Shown: positions 1-8,705 of the stretch, piece after piece | How positions within the stretch are numbered: position 1 is the first letter of the stretch | Layout: each line of letters opens with the position of its first letter | IMG/VR virus record: IMGVR_UViG_3300040801_001224 | Location: 186,001 to 250,000 of that record | DNA: 64,000 nucleotides | Reading direction: 5' to 3' (one strand) | Notes under the pieces: generated by a model | Told to the model about the DNA's origin: nothing | The model's database searches: none | Seen by the model: the letters and a program-made list of their open reading frames with translations, nothing else | Position numbers and translations under genes: made by a program

Positions 1-1
1 T

Positions 2-307
2 CAGTCTGAAGATGAGTCTTTAATTGAGTTACGCCTAGCATTAGCTGGCTGGTCCAAAGATGATCTTGAAGTTGAAGTTGAAAAAGATCAACTAAAGATT
101 TCTGGATCTAAGACAAAAGAAGTCGAAGGTGAAGAAGAAACTACATTCTTACACAAGGGAATTTCAAACAAAGCATTTACACGCACATTCACGTTAGGTG
201 CTGGCGTTGAAGTAACTGATGTTAAGTACATAGATGGCATACTAACGGTATTCATGGAGAAAGTAATACCTGAAGAAGAGAAGCCACGCTTAATTAAAAT
301 TAAATAA
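2..307 (+). CDS. Small heat-shock protein (Hsp20/IbpA-like), 5'-truncated by window edge
   Basis: My translation of frame 2: ...LALAGWSKDDLEVEVEKDQLKISG...FLHKGISNKAFTRTFTLGAGVEVTDVKYIDGILTVFMEKVIPEEEKPRLIKIK*, an alpha-crystallin signature. Not in the ORF track because it lacks a start. Confidence 0.92.
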   Translation, partial: QSEDESLIELRLALAGWSKDDLEVEVEKDQLKISGSKTKEVEGEEETTFLHKGISNKAFTRTFTLGAGVEVTDVKYIDGILTVFMEKVIPEEEKPRLIKIK

Positions 308-325
308 AAAAGTAGGTGGGGGTGC

Positions 326-354
326 TTGACATCCCCACTTTTTTGTGTTATAAT
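326..354 (+). promoter_or_regulatory. sigma70 promoter embedded in the Hsp20 terminator hairpin
   Basis: TTGACA(326-331)-17 nt-TATAAT(349-354); overlaps GTGGGG...CCCCAC-T6 hairpin. Confidence 0.85.
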
Positions 355-395
355 TCGGGTTATGTAACAGTACTGTATTGTATGAAGGATATTGA

Positions 396-704
396 ATGAG
401 TGCCACTGACGTAATCGAAAAAACTGAAGCAAAAGAAGAAGTTGAAGTAAAAGAGCCTGGAAAATATAAGGTTGTTCTACACAATGATGACAAGACAACA
501 TTCGACTTTGTTATCTTTATATTAACTGAAGTATTTAATAAGTCAATGAAAGAAGCGGCTGAAATAACCATGTTTGTCCACGAAAAAGGCCAAGCAGTCG
601 CAGGTATTTACACGTATCAGATTGCAGAGATGAAAATTGACGAGTCGATTACCCTGGCAAGACGTGCCGGATTCCCACTCACACTGACCGCTGAAGAGCT
701 CTAA
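396..704 (+). CDS. clpS: ATP-dependent Clp protease adaptor ClpS
   Basis: YKVVLHNDDKTTFDFVIFILTEVF...ITMFVHEKGQAVAGIY...FPLTLTAE. Confidence 0.95.
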   Translation: MSATDVIEKTEAKEEVEVKEPGKYKVVLHNDDKTTFDFVIFILTEVFNKSMKEAAEITMFVHEKGQAVAGIYTYQIAEMKIDESITLARRAGFPLTLTAEEL

Positions 705-756
705 AACGATCACCGACCGGTAAATAATATTAGCACTACCTAAAAGGAGTGGTAAT

Positions 757-825
757 ATGCGAATACAACACACTTCCCTCATCACCCAAATTCTGGTAAC
801 CCAGAGTAACACCAATCAAAAATAA
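757..825 (+). CDS. Putative 22-aa small protein
   Basis: TAAATA box at 721-726, SD AAGGAG, ATG 757, TAA 823-825 (MRIQHTSLITQILVTQSNTNQK). Confidence 0.35.
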   Translation: MRIQHTSLITQILVTQSNTNQK

Positions 826-836
826 AAAGGACAGTT

Positions 837-1148
837 ATGAATATAATAGATTTAATGGAATTAGGAACTGAATTGGATGTATACAAATCAGGCAAGAGAC
901 TTGGCACAATATTAGTAATTCAGTATGAAGACTTAATTCATGAAACAATTGGTGAGTATGATGATCGATTTGAATCATATGCAGAGTATATGATGGAGCT
1001 ACATGCCCGCATCAAAGATCACGTATCATGCCCGTATAATATCACATGGTATACCCTACCGAATACCGAAACTCTTGATATTAATGACGTAGCAACACAA
1101 ACAGTACGTGAAGGCAATAATATAGTGGTCGTGGAATATCTTGACTAA
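837..1148 (+). CDS. Hypothetical protein
   Basis: 103-aa ORF with SD AAGGA. Confidence 0.75.
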   Translation: MNIIDLMELGTELDVYKSGKRLGTILVIQYEDLIHETIGEYDDRFESYAEYMMELHARIKDHVSCPYNITWYTLPNTETLDINDVATQTVREGNNIVVVEYLD

Positions 1149-1169
1149 ACCACTTTTTTAACGTATAAT
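1141..1169 (+). promoter_or_regulatory. sigma70 promoter (CCACT class)
   Basis: TTGACT-aaaCCACT...-TATAAT, 17-nt spacer. Confidence 0.8.
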
Positions 1170-1198
1170 TGTAAGCAGACAAACTAATAGGAGTATTT

Positions 1199-1465
1199 AT
1201 GAAACTTACGCAGCCTTGTCTGCTTATGACAATTGCTGACCAAGAAGTCGATTGGGCGATGCTTGTTGCCCCTGGGGAGGAATGGACTGAAGAGACCGTA
1301 TCCAATTATTGTGACACACTTAATACTGACGGTATATATGGATACCCAGTTATGATGGATGACCCGCGCCTCAAAAATGGCATTGTAAATCGAATTATTG
1401 AATCTTTAAACTCAGCACTCGTTGAGTACAAACCACTTGAAATTCCAGGAGTATTTAAACTATGA
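1199..1465 (+). CDS. Hypothetical protein
   Basis: 88-aa ORF with SD AGGAG downstream of promoter. Confidence 0.8.
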   Translation: MKLTQPCLLMTIADQEVDWAMLVAPGEEWTEETVSNYCDTLNTDGIYGYPVMMDDPRLKNGIVNRIIESLNSALVEYKPLEIPGVFKL

Positions 1466-1572
1466 TGACATTTGAACCAAGCATGACTTTTGGTGAAGCT
1501 GTATTAAATTTAGAAATTACTACGGTTGAATATACCTCTACCGGTGTAAATATCCGCTTAAGTTTTTCATAA
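1462..1572 (+). CDS. Putative 36-aa small protein
   Basis: ATGA overlap with previous stop; ends just before terminator. Confidence 0.4.
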   Translation: MMTFEPSMTFGEAVLNLEITTVEYTSTGVNIRLSFS

Positions 1573-1576
1573 AGAT

Positions 1577-1601
1577 GGGGCGGGCTTTGCCCGCTTCTTT
1601 T
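1577..1601 (+). terminator. Intrinsic terminator
   Basis: GGGGCGGGC-TTT-GCCCGCTTC followed by TTTT. Confidence 0.75.
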
Positions 1602-1660
1602 CCACTACCCAAATGCCCAACAATAGATAAATACTAATATTATTTAGTAGGAGATTTATT

Positions 1661-3103
1661 ATGTCAGACATGAAGAAATGGTTGAAGCTAATGGAAGATG
1701 CGGCGCCATCAAGCCCAAAAGCAGACCTATCCAAGCCTGAATCACCAATGGACGATGATCCAGAATTTACAAATGAAAAGGGTGAAGACAGCGTTGTTAC
1801 ACACATGGCCGAAGATGGCATGGAAGATTACGTTGAAGACACAAGTTTTGAAGAATGGTTAATGGATCCAGCAAACGAAGGCAAATCAATGCCGGTAGAA
1901 ATGATGATTGCTGACATTAACGAACACGGTCCAGATGCTACTGCGGCATATTGGATGGCAACAGAAGAGCAAATCCAATCCTGGATTGATGCTGGTAAAA
2001 TTCCAGAAGATTCGATGCACTACTTCCAGAACACTCAGGAAGAAAAAGCATATGAAATGCACCAAGCGGCAGAAGATGCGATGGGTGGATTTAACGGCTA
2101 CCACCATCAACAAGAAGGCATCAAGACTCCAACTGAAGAAGTTGAAGAAGAGCTAGGTCCAGAACATAGCGACAACCCAGACGCTGAAGAAGCCATGATC
2201 AACGACGAAGGCGAATTAAGCCCATTCTCAATGGACACTCAGGAAGTATGCGAAGATGATGATCTAGCAGAAATGTTAGCATTGGCCGGTATTCAGAAAG
2301 TCAATGAAGATGAGTTCGACGACGAAGAAGAACTTGAAGCTGATGATGACGCAATGGTTGATTTAGGTGAGCCTGACGATATTGATGCGATTGATCCAGA
2401 TGCGATGTCAGCAGACAAAGAGATTGGTGACGCAGTTGTTGGCTCGGCGCCAGAAAACGTTGATGAATTAATTGCGGCAATCATGGACGCACAGATGCTG
2501 GGCATGAGCCAGGCTAAAGCAACATACAGTGATGACATGCTAATCAACATGTCTCCAGAGCGTGTTAAGTCAGTATACGCAAAAGTTATGGGTGAAAGCC
2601 TAGAAGAAGACATGGGTGAAGAACACCCACTAGCTAAGTTCAACATTCATACACAGGATGATTTGGACATAGCACTAGACGATCCGGAGATCGTTGCAGA
2701 GCTAACTGAATACTTTGCAGACGAAATGCCATACGGTTACCAGAAAGCACGTACAGGAACTCCAGAAGAATGGTTATGGGACCATTTACACGCTGATCTA
2801 GAAGAGTCTTGCGGTGACGCAGTTGAAGAAAAACTGGTTAAAGATGGCCCTGGTGAAGGACACTTTGACGGTGAAGTGGATTGTACGACAGAGTTTGATG
2901 ATTCATGCTATGATGAAGTTGAAGAAGACGTTGCTGGTATTGATCCAGAGATTGAAGCGGCTATCCTAGACTTAGCAATGGCTTTGGGTTTAGAAGATGC
3001 TGATCAAGACGATGCAGAAGTAATTGGTAAGAAACTTGACGTGCCAGCAAGTGACGTACACAAAGTTATTAACCAAGACTTAACACAAGAATCTAAGAAG
3101 TAA
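1661..3103 (+). CDS. Highly acidic late protein (possible head internal/scaffold-type protein)
   Basis: 480 aa, very D/E-rich; GATAAATA box at 1626-1633 and SD AGGAG; function inferred only from composition and late promoter. Confidence 0.6.
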   Translation: MSDMKKWLKLMEDAAPSSPKADLSKPESPMDDDPEFTNEKGEDSVVTHMAEDGMEDYVEDTSFEEWLMDPANEGKSMPVEMMIADINEHGPDATAAYWMATEEQIQSWIDAGKIPEDSMHYFQNTQEEKAYEMHQAAEDAMGGFNGYHHQQEGIKTPTEEVEEELGPEHSDNPDAEEAMINDEGELSPFSMDTQEVCEDDDLAEMLALAGIQKVNEDEFDDEEELEADDDAMVDLGEPDDIDAIDPDAMSADKEIGDAVVGSAPENVDELIAAIMDAQMLGMSQAKATYSDDMLINMSPERVKSVYAKVMGESLEEDMGEEHPLAKFNIHTQDDLDIALDDPEIVAELTEYFADEMPYGYQKARTGTPEEWLWDHLHADLEESCGDAVEEKLVKDGPGEGHFDGEVDCTTEFDDSCYDEVEEDVAGIDPEIEAAILDLAMALGLEDADQDDAEVIGKKLDVPASDVHKVINQDLTQESKK

Positions 3104-3106
3104 TTC

Positions 3107-3135
3107 TTGACATCTTTACATCACTATAGTATAAT
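3107..3135 (+). promoter_or_regulatory. sigma70 promoter; predicted +1 coincides with ATG 3142 (leaderless)
   Basis: TTGACA(3107)-17-TATAAT(3130-3135). Confidence 0.8.
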
Positions 3136-3141
3136 ATTGGT

Positions 3142-4263
3142 ATGCGTTTTAAAGATATAACATTGAACACGATTAATGAAGGCGGTAGCTCAGGCAAGAC
3201 TCGATATAACAGCGAAGTCGCAACTTTATGTGCCTTCTGCGGCGTCAAACATTGGGATGACATTAGACCAGAACAACTAGCAAACCCAGAAGATACTAAG
3301 GCGCAGTTGCGTTATTGGATGGTAGAGAAAAAGAACTATGACGAAAAACTGTTTAACGAATGGCTTGTTCGCGGCAAGGAAATATATACTAAAATAAAAT
3401 CCCATTACAAAGGCCCAATGCCAACCTTGTATGGTTGGGTCGGCGGTGCGAATGTTGGGCCAGTAGCAGATGTTGAGTTTCATGATCATGAACTGTCGGG
3501 AGTCAGCATAAAAGCCAAGGGTGGGATTACACTCGCTAACTTGGGACCGAAGTCAGTCGGTTTACCAACTCCTAAGGGTGTAGATGCTCTACAGCAATAC
3601 GTTGGCAAAGAGTACTTAGAGTTCAAAAAGAACGTATTTACAAAAGTGTTGGCACTAGCAAAGAAACAACCAAACAAGCCATTGAACGGAAGATACACAA
3701 TTGCTTATGTGCCAGAAGTAGATAAGTTTTTATTGAGGCACAAAAAAACTGCTACTGCCGGCCCAGTAGTTGACACGTTGCTTACTGGTCAAGAAATAAT
3801 GACCTTAGGTATGAAAAGCAATAGCGCCTGGCAACGTCCGATTGGTGATTGGTTCCAGGATAACTTAGCCCAGGAGTTTGATTTGATGAAGCCCTTACTG
3901 GATAAGGTTGAAGTGGTTTTATTGGCACTAATAGAAAAGGCTATTGGCGCAAGTGACACTATGAAGTCTATATTACGATTTGAAGACAAGCCCTATTATT
4001 ACGCATCACCAACAAAAATATATTATGTGCCTTCGGCACAAGAAGATCCTGAGTTAGTTTTGAAAAAACTGACCCCAGTTAAAGCTAGGGGCACTGGAAT
4101 AATATTTAGGGCGTATGTGTCTAATGTAGATTCAACATCAAGCGATTATGCGACATACGATGTATATCTAAGATACAGAAATGGGCTGTTTGCTTCTAAC
4201 ATTACAGTGGCGGCACAAAATCTAAAAAATCCACAAAACCTAGCATGGGACGAGGTTGAATGA
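3142..4263 (+). CDS. Hypothetical protein, possible PD-(D/E)xK restriction-like nuclease
   Basis: 373 aa; ADVEF...GVSIK resembles a D...SxK nuclease core; overlaps MTase start (ATGA). Confidence 0.45.
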   Translation: MRFKDITLNTINEGGSSGKTRYNSEVATLCAFCGVKHWDDIRPEQLANPEDTKAQLRYWMVEKKNYDEKLFNEWLVRGKEIYTKIKSHYKGPMPTLYGWVGGANVGPVADVEFHDHELSGVSIKAKGGITLANLGPKSVGLPTPKGVDALQQYVGKEYLEFKKNVFTKVLALAKKQPNKPLNGRYTIAYVPEVDKFLLRHKKTATAGPVVDTLLTGQEIMTLGMKSNSAWQRPIGDWFQDNLAQEFDLMKPLLDKVEVVLLALIEKAIGASDTMKSILRFEDKPYYYASPTKIYYVPSAQEDPELVLKKLTPVKARGTGIIFRAYVSNVDSTSSDYATYDVYLRYRNGLFASNITVAAQNLKNPQNLAWDEVE

Positions 4264-5129
4264 CACACAACATCATATGTAGCGACAACATATCAGCTCT
4301 TAATAAAATAAACGAAAACACATTTGATTCCTGTATAACAGACCCACCGTATGGAATGGGCATGGATGACTGGGATCATACTGTCCCTCCAGTTGAGATC
4401 TGGGAGGCAGTATACCGAACACTAAAACCAGGTGCGTTTGTTTTAAGTTTCTGCTCTCCGGAATTATATCATAGAATGGCAATTAACGTTGAAGATGCTG
4501 GTTTCAGACCATTAGACATGATTACTTGGATTGTTACTACAAAGATGGCAAAAACAAATAGATTAAAGCCAGCACATGAACCTATATTTGTAGCACAAAA
4601 GCCACTACAAGGTTCCATTAAAGCTAATGTTGAAGCATGGGGTTGTGGCGAGATTGATATCGAAGACGCCAGAATACCGTGGGATAAAGAGCCCCCAACG
4701 TATCCTACTGGCGGACATCAGAGAAGAGCATTCGGTAAAGACGTATCTAAAGAAAAACAAGGCAAAAAGAAAGCTAATATCAAAGGAAGATACCCTTCTG
4801 ATGTCATTGGACACTTCGATGATCCGGATCATCAGAAGTATTTTTACGCACCTAGAGCTACAAGAAAAGAACGTGGTGAATACAATGATCACCCAACGCC
4901 TAAGCCTATTAGTTTAATGAGGTATTTGGTTAGAGTTTACTCTCCGAAGGGTGGACACGTACTAGATCCTTTCAATGGCAGTGGTTCAACAGGTATAGCC
5001 GCTATTCAAGAAGGTAGTGAATTTACAGGAATAGACATGTCACAACATTACTGTGATATTGCTGAAAAAAGAATAGCAGACCATTGTGCCGAAACACCTT
5101 TTGAAAAGTTATTTGATTACGAAAAATAA
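4260..5129 (+). CDS. DNA N6-adenine/N4-cytosine methyltransferase, beta class
   Basis: Motif IV TDPPY precedes motif I LDPFNGSGST; HPTPKP. Confidence 0.93.
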   Translation: MTHNIICSDNISALNKINENTFDSCITDPPYGMGMDDWDHTVPPVEIWEAVYRTLKPGAFVLSFCSPELYHRMAINVEDAGFRPLDMITWIVTTKMAKTNRLKPAHEPIFVAQKPLQGSIKANVEAWGCGEIDIEDARIPWDKEPPTYPTGGHQRRAFGKDVSKEKQGKKKANIKGRYPSDVIGHFDDPDHQKYFYAPRATRKERGEYNDHPTPKPISLMRYLVRVYSPKGGHVLDPFNGSGSTGIAAIQEGSEFTGIDMSQHYCDIAEKRIADHCAETPFEKLFDYEK

Positions 5130-5130
5130 C

Positions 5131-5159
5131 TTGACACCCTCCCTTTAATCTGTTATAAT
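5131..5159 (+). promoter_or_regulatory. sigma70 promoter
   Basis: TTGACA-17-TATAAT. Confidence 0.8.
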
Positions 5160-5183
5160 ACTCCAATAACATGGAGATTTAAT

Positions 5184-5363
5184 ATGCCTACGTATTCTTA
5201 CCGCTGTCAGGACTGTGGACACGAATTCGACATCAATCAACGCATGAGTGATGATCCACTGAAAGAATGCCCTGAGTGTAAAAAAGAAGCACTAAAGAAA
5301 ATTATCAAATCAACAGGCGGATTCCAATTGAAAGGATCTGGTTGGTTTAAGGACGGTTACTAA
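5184..5363 (+). CDS. FmdB-family zinc-ribbon protein
   Basis: My translation: MPTYSYRCQDCGHEFDINQRMSDDPLKECPECKKEALKKIIKSTGGFQLKGSGWFKDGY; SD GGAG. Confidence 0.9.
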   Translation: MPTYSYRCQDCGHEFDINQRMSDDPLKECPECKKEALKKIIKSTGGFQLKGSGWFKDGY

Positions 5364-6145
5364 TGGACGAATTATTAATGAACACAGTAGTCTTAGATAC
5401 TGAGACTACATCACTAGATTGTAAAGAAGCAGAAATCATTGAGTTTGGTTTTGTGCTAAAGATGGAAGATGACTGGCAACAGTTCGACGAGCTACACAAA
5501 CCATCACAACCTATTTCACCAATCATATCAGCAGTGACATATATTTCAAATAGAATGGTTGAAGATAAGCCGCCGTTTGAAGAGGCAGTTGATGATTTCG
5601 ACAAAATTTTAGAGACTATTGGTTCTCCTGATGATACACTAATTGTAGCACATAATGTAGACTATGATAAGGGAGTATTTGAAGCACGTTATAATACATC
5701 CAAGGCTCTGGACTATGACTGGGTATGTACTCTACGTATGGCACGTAAACTATTTAAGGATGATCCAACAGTTGAAAAATATACGTTAGGTTATTTGCGT
5801 TATCGCTTTGATTTGGATGTTGCTGATGATTTGCCCATGCACCGAGCATCAGCAGACGCTTATGTTGCGGCCAAACTATTTGAGTATTTACTAGAAGTAG
5901 CAGAAGAGCAAGGTGTATTTGACAATCTAATGGATACTCGTGCTAGACTAATTGAGTGGCTAGCAGAACCAATTGTGACAACTATTATGCCATTTGGCAA
6001 GCACAAGGGCAAGAAACTTACTGAAGTGCCAGCTGACTATTGGGCTTGGGCTTTAGATAACATGAACTCGTTAAACGAGAATCATGATGACTATGATGCA
6101 GATTTTGCGGCAAGTGTTATCAACGCATTTGATGGACAACTATAA
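5363..6145 (+). CDS. DEDDh 3'-5' exonuclease (exonuclease X-like)
   Basis: VLDTETT, AHNVDYD, HRASADA, C-terminal MPFGKHKG module. Confidence 0.9.
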   Translation: MDELLMNTVVLDTETTSLDCKEAEIIEFGFVLKMEDDWQQFDELHKPSQPISPIISAVTYISNRMVEDKPPFEEAVDDFDKILETIGSPDDTLIVAHNVDYDKGVFEARYNTSKALDYDWVCTLRMARKLFKDDPTVEKYTLGYLRYRFDLDVADDLPMHRASADAYVAAKLFEYLLEVAEEQGVFDNLMDTRARLIEWLAEPIVTTIMPFGKHKGKKLTEVPADYWAWALDNMNSLNENHDDYDADFAASVINAFDGQL

Positions 6146-6433
6146 ATGTTGAGCAATCTCTGGTCAGCATTAATTGACATACAAAGAGAACCAGAAAAGG
6201 AGAAGGTAGTGGAAGAGTGGCAAGGGTTTAGCGATACACAGGGTCCTACAAGTGATTATGAATCACAAATAATAATTTATAAGACATTCACATGGATGCC
6301 AAAGCGTTGTTACGATTCAGGACGTTGGATCTGGGGCAAGGCATTCGTTGACGGTTGGAAGCACTACTATCATCCTCAAGAAGCTCACTATGGTGTCCTG
6401 GCTGGTGAGTATAAGGTAGAAGAACGTGGGTAG
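6146..6433 (+). CDS. Small Trp-rich paralog 1 (F-x-W-x-P...W-x-W family)
   Basis: KTFTWMPKRCYDSGRWIWG. Confidence 0.65.
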   Translation: MLSNLWSALIDIQREPEKEKVVEEWQGFSDTQGPTSDYESQIIIYKTFTWMPKRCYDSGRWIWGKAFVDGWKHYYHPQEAHYGVLAGEYKVEERG

Positions 6434-6680
6434 CTATTCTGACGGTGGTGGTACGAGATGGGGTGATCTGGGTATAGCGAAAAATGGTTACATATTTGGC
6501 AAGCCAACCCTCCACAAAAAGTTCGTGTGGCTACCCAGGAAAACTGTTGAAAAGACGTGGACTTGGGGTAGTTGTTACGCATACCACGAGCATTATCGAA
6601 ATGGTAGCGATCTATACTATGTATCAAATGAAGATGCTCTTGCTGGCGTTTTAACTGAAAAATATAGGATGAAAGAATAG
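6426..6680 (+). CDS. Small Trp-rich paralog 2
   Basis: KKFVWLPRKTVEKTWTWG; GTG start overlapping previous gene. Confidence 0.65.
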   Translation: MGSYSDGGGTRWGDLGIAKNGYIFGKPTLHKKFVWLPRKTVEKTWTWGSCYAYHEHYRNGSDLYYVSNEDALAGVLTEKYRMKE

Positions 6681-6934
6681 TGGGCACCGGCTTTAAGAAT
6701 ATATTTGATGTGTATGTCCCCTATAAGTCTAAGATATTCACTAAATTTTTATGGTTCCCTGAAAGAGTCGGAGGCAAGTGGCACTGGGGTAAGACATATT
6801 ATTATCTTGAAAACTTCTATCAAGGCCATGCGAAAATTTATATGTCTAAAGAAGAAGCGTTTATGGAAGTTATGAAGGGCAATCTTACGTTCGCATCGGA
6901 CGAATGTGTTCACCCGGACGATCGTACTGCTTGA
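6680..6934 (+). CDS. Small Trp-rich paralog 3
   Basis: TKFLWFPERVGGKWHWG. Confidence 0.65.
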   Translation: MGTGFKNIFDVYVPYKSKIFTKFLWFPERVGGKWHWGKTYYYLENFYQGHAKIYMSKEEAFMEVMKGNLTFASDECVHPDDRTA

Positions 6935-7202
6935 ATTTTACGCCTGAACGTTGTTTAGCATTCTCGCCCCCACGATACCCTGGAGTTTGAAATTCATCAT
7001 CTGGATTGTCATGTGGATCATTTGACCAGTGATCTTCTTCAGCAGGTTCTTTTGTGATTACCGGTGTTTCACCTTTAGATTTAGCCGCGATCTGTTGGTA
7101 ACGCTCTTCTTCATCATGTCGAGCGTCAGAATTTTCTGGATTGAATTGATCATCAATTTCATTCCAAACTTGATCAATATCGTAAATTTCTTTTATTTTC
7201 AT
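6885..7202 (-). CDS. Late hypothetical protein (MKIKEI N-terminus)
   Basis: 105 aa; GATAAATA on minus strand at 7234-7241. Confidence 0.75.
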   Translation of the reverse strand: MKIKEIYDIDQVWNEIDDQFNPENSDARHDEEERYQQIAAKSKGETPVITKEPAEEDHWSNDPHDNPDDEFQTPGYRGGENAKQRSGVKFKQYDRPGEHIRPMRT

Positions 7203-7203
7203 G

Positions 7204-7232
7204 TTGACAAAACCACTAAATTGTTATATAAT
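7204..7232 (+). promoter_or_regulatory. sigma70 promoter (CCACT class) for clpP
   Basis: TTGACA-aaaCCACT-...TATAAT, 17-nt spacer. Confidence 0.85.
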
Positions 7233-7267
7233 GTATTTATCACAATTATACTTAAAGGAGAAGTGAA

Positions 7268-7885
7268 ATGGGATTAGTTCCAATGGTAGTAGAGAAAACA
7301 TCACAGGGTGAGCGTTCTTTCGATATTTTTAGTAGGTTATTGAAAGAGAGGACGGTTTTCTTTACAGGTGAGGTACGTGATGAGATGGCCAATCTAATTG
7401 TAGCACAGTTACTTTATTTAGAAGCCGAAGCACCCGAAGCAGACATTACTCTTTATATTAACAGCCCAGGCGGATCGGTGAGTGCAGGCCTCGCTGTATA
7501 TGACACGATGCAATTTATTAAGCCAGACGTTTCTACAATCGTAGCAGGCCAAGCATGTTCGATGGGTTCTTTCATTGCTCAAGCAGGCGCACCTGGCAAG
7601 CGCATGGTATTGCCACAGTCAAGAACAATGGTTCACCGTGTTAGCTCAGGCACACCGGCTACTCGAGGCTCAGTCCACGTGATGGAACATGAATTTGAAG
7701 ACGCCAGGCGCTCATTTGAAGAGTCAAAGCGTGTTAATGAGATCCTTACTCAATTGTACGCCAAGCACAACACAAAAGGTCAGACTTACGAACAGTTGCT
7801 TGAAACCCTTAAATTTGACACCTACCTTTCGGCACAAGAAGCAGTCGACTTTGGGTTAGCTGATCAGATTATCACAAATCGATAA
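7268..7885 (+). CDS. clpP: ATP-dependent Clp protease proteolytic subunit
   Basis: [31 protein letters not shown], catalytic S (GQACSMG), H (MVHR), D (FDTYL). Confidence 0.97.
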   Translation: MGLVPMVVEKTSQGERSFDIFSRLLKERTVFFTGEVRDEMANLIVAQLLYLEAEAPEADITLYINSPGGSVSAGLAVYDTMQFIKPDVSTIVAGQACSMGSFIAQAGAPGKRMVLPQSRTMVHRVSSGTPATRGSVHVMEHEFEDARRSFEESKRVNEILTQLYAKHNTKGQTYEQLLETLKFDTYLSAQEAVDFGLADQIITNR

Positions 7886-7913
7886 ATACTTGTAACATAC
7901 TATTATCACTTAT

Positions 7914-7941
7914 GACGGCGGAGCTTTTTCCGCCGTCTTTC
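7914..7941 (+). terminator. Intrinsic terminator after clpP
   Basis: GACGGCGGA-gctttt-TCCGCCGTC-TTTC. Confidence 0.8.
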
Positions 7942-8005
7942 TGATAAATACAAATAAGTATATGCTCACAACACAAACTAAATCGCATATATTAAAGGGA
8001 ATGTC

Positions 8006-8344
8006 ATGGAAGAAATAACATGGCCTGTGGCTATAAGTGCCTTGGGTACACTCGTCGTAATTGCTACGTTTATGTTCAAATGGTTCAGTAAGGATCAGAA
8101 ACCTTGGACAAGTGATTTACAGAAAACCGAAGATGAACTTAACAGTGGAATTCGGAATTTGGAACACCGAACTACCGTATCAGAAGGCAAACAACAAGAA
8201 TTGATACGTCGAGTTAACGAACTTAAAGATGAGGTAAAAGCCCAGGGTGAAACCTCAGAAAAGAAGATTGAGAAAATCGAAGAAAAAGTCGAGAAGATCA
8301 CTCAACTTATGATTGACATCTTACAAAACACCAACACTAGATAA
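8006..8344 (+). CDS. Late membrane-anchored coiled-coil protein
   Basis: N-terminal hydrophobic helix then coiled coil; TAAATA boxes at 7883 and 7945. Confidence 0.7.
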   Translation: MEEITWPVAISALGTLVVIATFMFKWFSKDQKPWTSDLQKTEDELNSGIRNLEHRTTVSEGKQQELIRRVNELKDEVKAQGETSEKKIEKIEEKVEKITQLMIDILQNTNTR

Positions 8345-8612
8345 ACGTTAGTGTTGCCGCTAAATAGTCCTCATTGTAGCGGAAGTAAATTTTTACTGAA
8401 TCATTACTGATATTTTGGCGAGTCCAATCAGTCCTACTTATATTGTTGTCCTTAATAAATTTCCAGAAAGAACGTAAACTTGTCCCAGGTATAGTGATTA
8501 CTCGATCCTGCCACTCCCTGCGCCATTGCTTGTAGACTTCGGCTCGGTGACCGATGTCATAGTCACCATCAAAATATTTTTGTATCTCTTCATCAGTATA
8601 TAACTTACTCAT
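8337..8612 (-). CDS. Hypothetical protein (start reassigned to MSKLYTDEE)
   Basis: ATG at 8612 lies exactly at predicted +1 of the minus-strand sigma70 promoter. Confidence 0.7.
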   Translation of the reverse strand: MSKLYTDEEIQKYFDGDYDIGHRAEVYKQWRREWQDRVITIPGTSLRSFWKFIKDNNISRTDWTRQNISNDSVKIYFRYNEDYLAATLTFI

Positions 8613-8618
8613 AGGACT

Positions 8619-8679
8619 ATTATACAATAAAAATAAAATCTTGTCAAGACTTGACAAAACCACTTATCTGTAGTATAAT
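8619..8679. promoter_or_regulatory. Back-to-back divergent sigma70 promoters sharing a palindrome TTGTCAAG-A-CTTGACAA
   Basis: Minus: -35 8642-8647, -10 8619-8624; plus: -35 8651-8656 (CCACT class), -10 8674-8679; both 17-nt spacers. Confidence 0.85.
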
Positions 8680-8705
8680 AGCCGTATAATAAAAATGGAG
8701 AGCTT

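Noticed and set aside
88-815. Minus-strand ORFs 88-501, 290-571 and 543-815
   Set aside because: They overlap Hsp20 and clpS on the opposite strand and have no supporting signals.
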